From positions 13,764,001 to 13,828,000 of the forward strand of contig OU015568.1 in assembly GCA_907165135.1 (NCBI GenBank): a DNA stretch of 64,000 nt. Reading direction: 5' to 3'. This DNA is from Oikopleura dioica (lineage: Eukaryota > Animalia > Chordata). The first letter of the stretch is position 1. Each line of letters starts with the position of its first letter. The notes beneath the pieces were generated by a model. It ran no database searches. It was not told the DNA's origin and saw only the letters and a program-made list of their open reading frames with translations. A program made the position numbers and the translations under genes. Of the stretch, positions 58,478 to 64,000 are shown one piece after another.

Positions 58478-59274
58478 AGACCGCGGGCAAACAAATAGGT
58501 TAAAATAAAAAAATAAAATAAAATAAAATAAAATAAAATAAAGAACCCTTTGTGGTAAAGCTTTGAAACTTTGGGACAATATGTATTTGGGCCCAACTAA
58601 AAAAATTATTATTGAAAATTTTTTTGTGTGACCACGTGATCACGGGTTACAGACCCTCGAAAAGCTAGAAAAGCTTGCCGAGCTTGATCCCCTTATGGCA
58701 TCATCTTCTCGTTAGGCCAAAAAGAAAGGTCTTGGTTTGTTCTAGTGGTTTAGTCAAAAAAATTCTTGGTGCCATCTTTACAGGACACGCTTGAAGCTAT
58801 ATAAGGACCCAAAACTCGCTAAAATTGAGGTAAAAATCCAGGTTTTACGGGTTGCTCAGGCCAAAATACAATGCAAAAAGGGCCATTTTGGACGCTTCAC
58901 TTCCCTCTAGCGAGTCATGTGATCTCGCCACCAAAAATGTTTTGGATTCTATAGGAAGGACTTTTTGTGCTCTTTCATCTGAGCTACATTATGATCACCT
59001 GCGGTCAGGGGATCGAGGTTGGCAAGCTTTTCTAGCTTTTCGAGGGTCCGTATCACTTGATCACGTGATCAAACCAAAAAAATTTCAATAACAAATTTTT
59101 AAGATGGGCCAAAATAGATATAGTCCCAAAGTTTTGGGCAGTTACCGGAAGGGGTTTTAGGGGTTGATTTTTTGCTCGTCGACCCTAACTATTTCTTCCG
59201 ATGAATTGATTATGAGATGACTCAAACCGATGAAAACTTTTTTTAGTTTTAACCTATTTGTTTGCCCGCGGTCT
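58478..59274. mobile_element. Fold-back/MITE with long imperfect inverted arms
   Basis: Perfect terminal AGACCGCGGGCAAACAAATAGGTTAAAA / TTTTAACCTATTTGTTTGCCCGCGGTCT, plus further internal inverted similarity (e.g. CTCGAAAAGCTAGAAAAGCTTGCC). Confidence 0.75.
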
Positions 59275-59569
59275 GGGCTGTTTTTCTTCTTAAATGACAT
59301 GAAATCTTTTAAGCATCATTTTGAGAGGTCACACTTTATCCAAACTACTTTATTTTGTCAGCTCTAGAATCGGACCAGAAGTGACTTTTCTAAAATTGAA
59401 ATCGGTCAATTTCTTTAAAGTTATCTGCTGGTTCCAAAGAGATAATGTTCCAGGGTTTATACGGCAGAAGTGGGCTTGAGAACTTCCAGAACCTTAAAAA
59501 AAGCGCGTCACTAAGACTCTAGCAGCTCCAGGTAGAGCAGTCTTTGATTTGGACAAGATTTAGCGTTTG

Positions 59570-59657
59570 TAAGAGGCGAGAGGGATAGGAGAGAGAAGGC
59601 TTGGAGACGATTCTTACCTGTTAGACAATCGAAATCGGACTCAAAAATGGGATGAGT
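59570..59657 (-). ncRNA. Spliced-leader (SL) RNA gene, second copy; exon at 59618-59657
   Basis: Reverse complement of the copy at 57423. Confidence 0.88.
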
Positions 59658-59905
59658 AACGAAAAGGGGTGCTTGATTTCGAGGTCGTTTTGTCGCTGCA
59701 CGCTCCTATTTTCGGCCTCTTTTCAGAAAAGCGCGCGGTAGAGGGCGCTTTTTCACATCTGCCACGCCGCCCGCCAGGCAAGCTCAACGCTCAATGCTTG
59801 CTTTACTCAAACATTCGGATTTTTCGATGACTGATGACTTGATTCATCAACAATACAATGCGAAAGCGTTCTCTGCGTAAATGGATGCATTAAAAAATTC
59901 AAAAT

Positions 59906-60023
59906 GCTTAGCGCACGAGGTATTCCCAACCGGTCACCCATGTAAGTACTAACCCCGCCCGTCGTAGTTTGACTTCAGTGATCGGACGAGAACTGGTTTA
60001 TTCTACGCGGTATGACGCTAAGC
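59906..60023 (-). rRNA. 5S rRNA, second copy
   Basis: Reverse complement of 57053-57170. Confidence 0.95.
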
Positions 60024-60365
60024 GAAGGAAGCTGGTTCTATTCGGCATATATAGCAAAATTATGTTAATTGTAGCTTATGATGCATCTGCTTGTATTCCG
60101 TAAAATATGTCAAGAAAACAATGGACGAAAATCGCATTTCTCAGTCAATAGTACCGTAGAAGTATCGACGATCTCGACCACAATTTCCTGCCACTTGTCG
60201 TTTTCTTTCTGACCACGTTCAGCGACGAAAATTAGCTGATTCTCGTTTAACTTGGGCGCGATCATCTTTAGCTCCACATGAACTGGAATTCGACTTTTCT
60301 TTGACCGTAAATTGAGAAGATCTTCAATTTATTCATATCAAAAGTGCCTATTTTAGAGCTCAGAA

Positions 60366-61795
60366 TCATAAAAGTTTATTTCCGACAAAATTGCTGTATT
60401 TTTCTAACCAAGCTACAGGCCACTCCATCCTCTCTTCCCCAAAATGAGCGTGTAAATTTTCTTTTAGATTTTCAACTCTAAATATGTTAAGCAAAACATT
60501 TTCTTTGCGGAGAGGCTCTTTTTTACCTTTCAACTTTGCATGCGGGATCATTCATTAATCTATCGAAATTGTCTTTCATCACTAGTGGGTCCCTGTATTT
60601 ATGAGCGACAGTGAGCCCTCTGAGAAAGCAAGTATCCGTTAAATTCATTTGCCGCGGCTTTACTCCAGAGCAGATTGAAGTTGACAAGCCCATTTTATGA
60701 CTAAAACAAATACTTTTGGACAAGAAAATCGGTTTCATACATGAGATTAGCATTTTTAATGAGTTCTCCGGCGAAGACATCGTCCATCGGCAGCACTTCT
60801 GTCATTGACAGAGCCTTAGCCATTTTCATCGCAAAAGATCCTGTTGTCACATAACAAGCACCAGCGTAGTAAGGGGCGAAAAAGTTGTCTTCAAATATTT
60901 CTTCCGGAAGAAAATATCGTGACCTTGGATTTCGAATCACGTCTGCCTTAGGCTTTCGACAACCAATCGCCTCAAATTCGTTGTCTTCACTTTTCAACTG
61001 TTCTAAATCGTGGATAAGCCCTTGTGGTACTAGTAGGATATCATCGTCGCCTTTGAAGATAAATTCAGCATTTGGACACTTTTCCTCTAGAAAATGGAGA
61101 TAACCGATATCTTTGTAAACGAGATGATGGAAACTCTCGGTGAAATCAAGGAGGAGAATATCTTCGAACATCTCAAGTTCTTCTTTGAGTTGCCCTTTCT
61201 TTCCATCCTTTCCGATAATGAATACAATCTTTATTTTGTATCCAAATGTTTTCCATAGTTCCAGGTCCAACCAGCTTTCTCTTATAGCCATCCTTGCGCT
61301 TTTTGCATCTGGCCTTGATTTTATCCCGAAAACAATATTTTCATTTCTGCATGAAGAAGGGGAGATGATTTTAACGGGGTTGATGTTTGCATCGAAATCG
61401 AGTAGAGAATTGAGATGAGAATACGGACCTTTGATCATTGATTTAGTGGAAGAGTCTTTGGAAAACTTTACTTTTGAATAAACAGCGTCCATTTTCACTT
61501 GTAACAGTTCCCTCAAGTTCTTGATAGCGGCGGCTCAAATCGGTCAAATTTAAATTCGCTTTATTCGTGCATGTTAAAATATCGTTTTCTTCTTCGAACC
61601 GTGTAACAACTGAGACTTTTTCTTCATTAACCTTGTCCAGCTGATATGAAATTCTCTCATACGTTGTCTAATAACACTGTTTAAATAACAGTCTTTCAGG
61701 ATTATTTGTCTTACTTTGTTCAAGTTCAAGAACCAAAGAATAATGGAAATGTAGATCACCGAGATTATGATTCTTTCTTTGGTTTTTCTCTGCAT
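60366..61795 (-). CDS. GT31 family beta-1,3-galactosyl/GlcNAc-transferase (type II membrane, multi-exon)
   Basis: N-terminal TM; IKSRP....R.AIR.SW, ESFHHLVYKD, FIFKGDDD, YYAGACYV and MDDVFAG motifs. Confidence 0.88.
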
Positions 61796-62084
61796 TTCTT
61801 ATATTTTATGCTTCGGCAATTTTAAAAACAAGTCAGTCAAAAAGTGCAAATTTTTCTTTTTTATATGACGATCCAATTGTGAGAAAGGAATATTGACATT
61901 CCCGTGCGCACAATATTTTTAAGATGGAGGAAAGGAAATAAAAAATTATTCTAGCAGAACAATGTAAAATTATGACTTGCTTGAAAGCGCGTACCAATTT
62001 AAAGATTAAACCAATTCAAAGATTAATCGTTATTGAAAGACGTTTATTCTTCAAACATCCGAGAACAATGTCAAGAACATGTAA

Positions 62085-62839
62085 TTACGAGCAGCCGAGC
62101 GACTGATGATGCTCGGGAGAGTACTGTACATGCGGACAGCCTCGGCAAGAGCGGAACTGGACTATGGCTCGGCAATAGCGACCGTTGGCTTCATAGTTGA
62201 TCTTGCATTCGTGGACGTTGTATCCGCCGAGCATCATCTCGGAGTGGGTTTGGCGGCAGTGGACGCTGTTGACATCTTAACAAAAATTACTGATTTTCTG
62301 GACGCTAAGGTGTCTCTCACGGATTTCAGTATTTGGGCCGACACCGATTTCAGGGTGTTTTAGCGCAAGAATCCACTTGGAATCGTTGACGGTCGCCCAG
62401 CCATTGTTCGGGAGGAGAATGACTTGATCTTGAGGAACTGATGGTGGTCGCCCATTGTCCTCGGGTAGCACCGGCAAGTTGTTAGAAGGGCTTCCGTTGA
62501 AACAGTCCCGGAGGGCGCCAGCTCTTGCAGCTGCATTCAGACCGGCAGGGATGTAATTTTTGCAGTCAAAGTATTTTCTCTAGGAAAATAAAGCTTTTCA
62601 TTGAAATTTTTATAGCTCCTTACCAAAAGAGGTCCAGAAACGGCCAAGTTGTCATAAACCTCGTGAAATTCAGTCGCATCACATGATTCTTCGAAGCATT
62701 CTCGTTCCAAGTTTCCTGCTTTCCACTCTTCGAATCGGGTGTTGGCCCGTCGAACTCTCAAGAACTCAGAAGCAGTCTCTTTTGAAACAGCAAGGGCAGA
62801 TGCTCCGGCAACGAGAGCAAAACTTCCAAAAAGCTTCAT
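62085..62839 (-). CDS. Secreted Gla-domain (vitamin K-dependent) protein with a Cys-containing, possibly cystatin-like C-terminal domain; 3 exons
   Basis: Signal peptide, propeptide ..ASEFLRVRR|AN, and FEEWKAGNLERECFEESC..EFHEV..RKYFDC. Short introns join in frame to a final exon HVNSVHCRQ..GGYNVHECKINY..CRAIVQF ending at 62085. Confidence 0.8.
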
Positions 62840-63166
62840 TTTCGAAGTTATTTCTTGCCAGATCTATGAGGATCTTGAAGATATGAATGACTGTTTATTT
62901 ACTCATGCTCAAGGTCAGCTTGAAGGCAAATAAATACATCAATGACAACAAGTGCAAGTTCATTTGTTGATTGTTTATTATAAAAATATATGTTTAACTC
63001 GTTTTCAAAAAAGATCTAGATTTGTAGGGATTTTCAACGTTCAATATTTCCAGCCGAAATTTTGGACGACGAAAGTCTTTACAAAATTCTAGAGCGTTTT
63101 TGAAAATCGACATCTGCCTTTTATACGGAGAAGTATGCGAGGTTTTTGTTGAACAGATGGGTGACT

Positions 63167-64000
63167 TTACAAAGACTCGACAGAGTTGTCGAAAACGACC
63201 GCAACGATCTTCTCCATCTTCTCCATTTCTTGCTCGGGCACAACGGGCAGGGGCGTTGGGTCCTTCTTTGACTTTTTTGGCCGCTTTCGTAAGTTCGGCG
63301 ACATTTTCAAGCTAAAATATCTTTCAACAGTAGATTTGAAAAGCCTATCTTACATTGTTGAGTTTCCTCGGGAGTCACCAATCAGACAAACTGGGAATTC
63401 GGGGTTGAACTCAAGTCTGGTTATCTTTGTTTTCTTCTTTTGTACGACTACTTGTTCACAAAGAGGCTTAAATTATCACATTATATTTGATCATTTTTTT
63501 TCCAAAAACCTGATATTTATTGATATTGAGATCATAGACGAAGCATTTCCCGTCCGAAGTCACAGCGCCAAAGGCGGTGGATGAGAAGATTGACCACGAG
63601 ATATCTCCAACAGGGCTTTGAAGATCGAACGAAAACAGAGCTATTTGACTGTTTTGACTCCAGACTTTGACGTGCCAGTCGTCAGAGGAAGACAAGAAGA
63701 TGTCTTTGTGGAATGGGTTCCACTTGATAGAGCTGACAGCCATGCTGTGGGCTTTCCAGCGACCTAAGTATTGAGAAGAATAGGCGGTGGAACACTTGTA
63801 GATTATTCCCTCTTCAGAACCGACAAGGAAAACCGGACTTTTATCGGAATGGAAGGCAATCGCAGTGCCACAAGCCTGTAATTACAACTATTTGTTTCTA
63901 TAGAAATCAAGTCGATCTACCTTAGCACCTTCTGCAAGCTCATCATCAAACAGGGTGATAACCTCCTTAGTTTCTCCACTCTTTGGATCCCAGCACTTTA
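63167..64000 (-). CDS. DNAI1: Axonemal dynein intermediate chain (WD40), 3' part; gene runs off the window
   Basis: FLVGSEEGIIYKCSTAYSSQYL, AH.MAV..IKWNPFH..IFLSSSDDW.VKVW, AVTSDGKCFVYDLNINKY, IGDSRG and SPNLRK are characteristic of DNAI1-type chains. Confidence 0.85.

Larger units (their letters stand above)
56764..60312. repeat. Inverted duplication: arms 56764-57601 and 59479-60312, each carrying 5S rRNA + SL RNA; 1.9-kb spacer
   Basis: The arms are reverse complements; the only differences I noticed are homopolymer lengths (4 bp in total). Confidence 0.93.

Noticed and set aside
56764-60312. 5S/SL cassette as cargo of the Maverick
   Set aside because: It lies outside the right TIR and TSD, beyond the host GH1 first exon.
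63260-63300. Apparent frameshift in the dynein intermediate chain C-terminus (SPNLRK frame vs ..EMEKMEKIVAVV frame)
   Set aside because: It is adjacent to a 6-nt homopolymer, and homopolymer-length discrepancies occur elsewhere in this window. A sequencing error is more likely than pseudogenisation.

Overview
This is AT-rich animal genomic DNA with 37-50 bp introns. The 40-nt spliced-leader exon at 57423 and 59657 matches the leader I recall for the larvacean tunicate Oikopleura dioica, so the species call is from memory. The dominant feature is a 41,537-bp Maverick/Polinton-type virus-like element (14852-56388) with both ends present. It has AGTAGT...ACTACT termini, ~724-bp terminal inverted repeats and a perfect 6-bp target-site duplication (ATCCTC). 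It is inserted into a coding exon of an otherwise intact host GH1 beta-glucosidase; removing the element and one TSD restores EGSWRED|GRGNSIWDD. Recognisable core genes are the protein-primed PolB, rve integrase, A32-like packaging ATPase and double jelly-roll major capsid protein. Unusual aspects: (i) short spliceosomal introns in core genes (integrase, ATPase, capsid) and many accessory genes; (ii) a putative highly diverged histone H3/CenH3-like protein with a long KKTPG-repeat tail; (iii) a protamine-like Arg-rich protein; (iv) ~19 kb of orphan co-oriented cargo genes, including several predicted membrane glycoproteins; (v) two subterminal arrays of a TAAAATG motif with unique ~50-60 bp spacers; (vi) no adenain-type protease or penton that I could recognise. 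The flanks contain a 191-bp satellite, several MITEs, a ConA/LamG-like repeat secreted protein gene, an inverted duplication of a 5S rRNA + SL RNA cassette, and GT31 glycosyltransferase, Gla-domain and axonemal dynein intermediate chain genes. All intron and homology calls were made by eye and need RNA-seq or profile-search confirmation.
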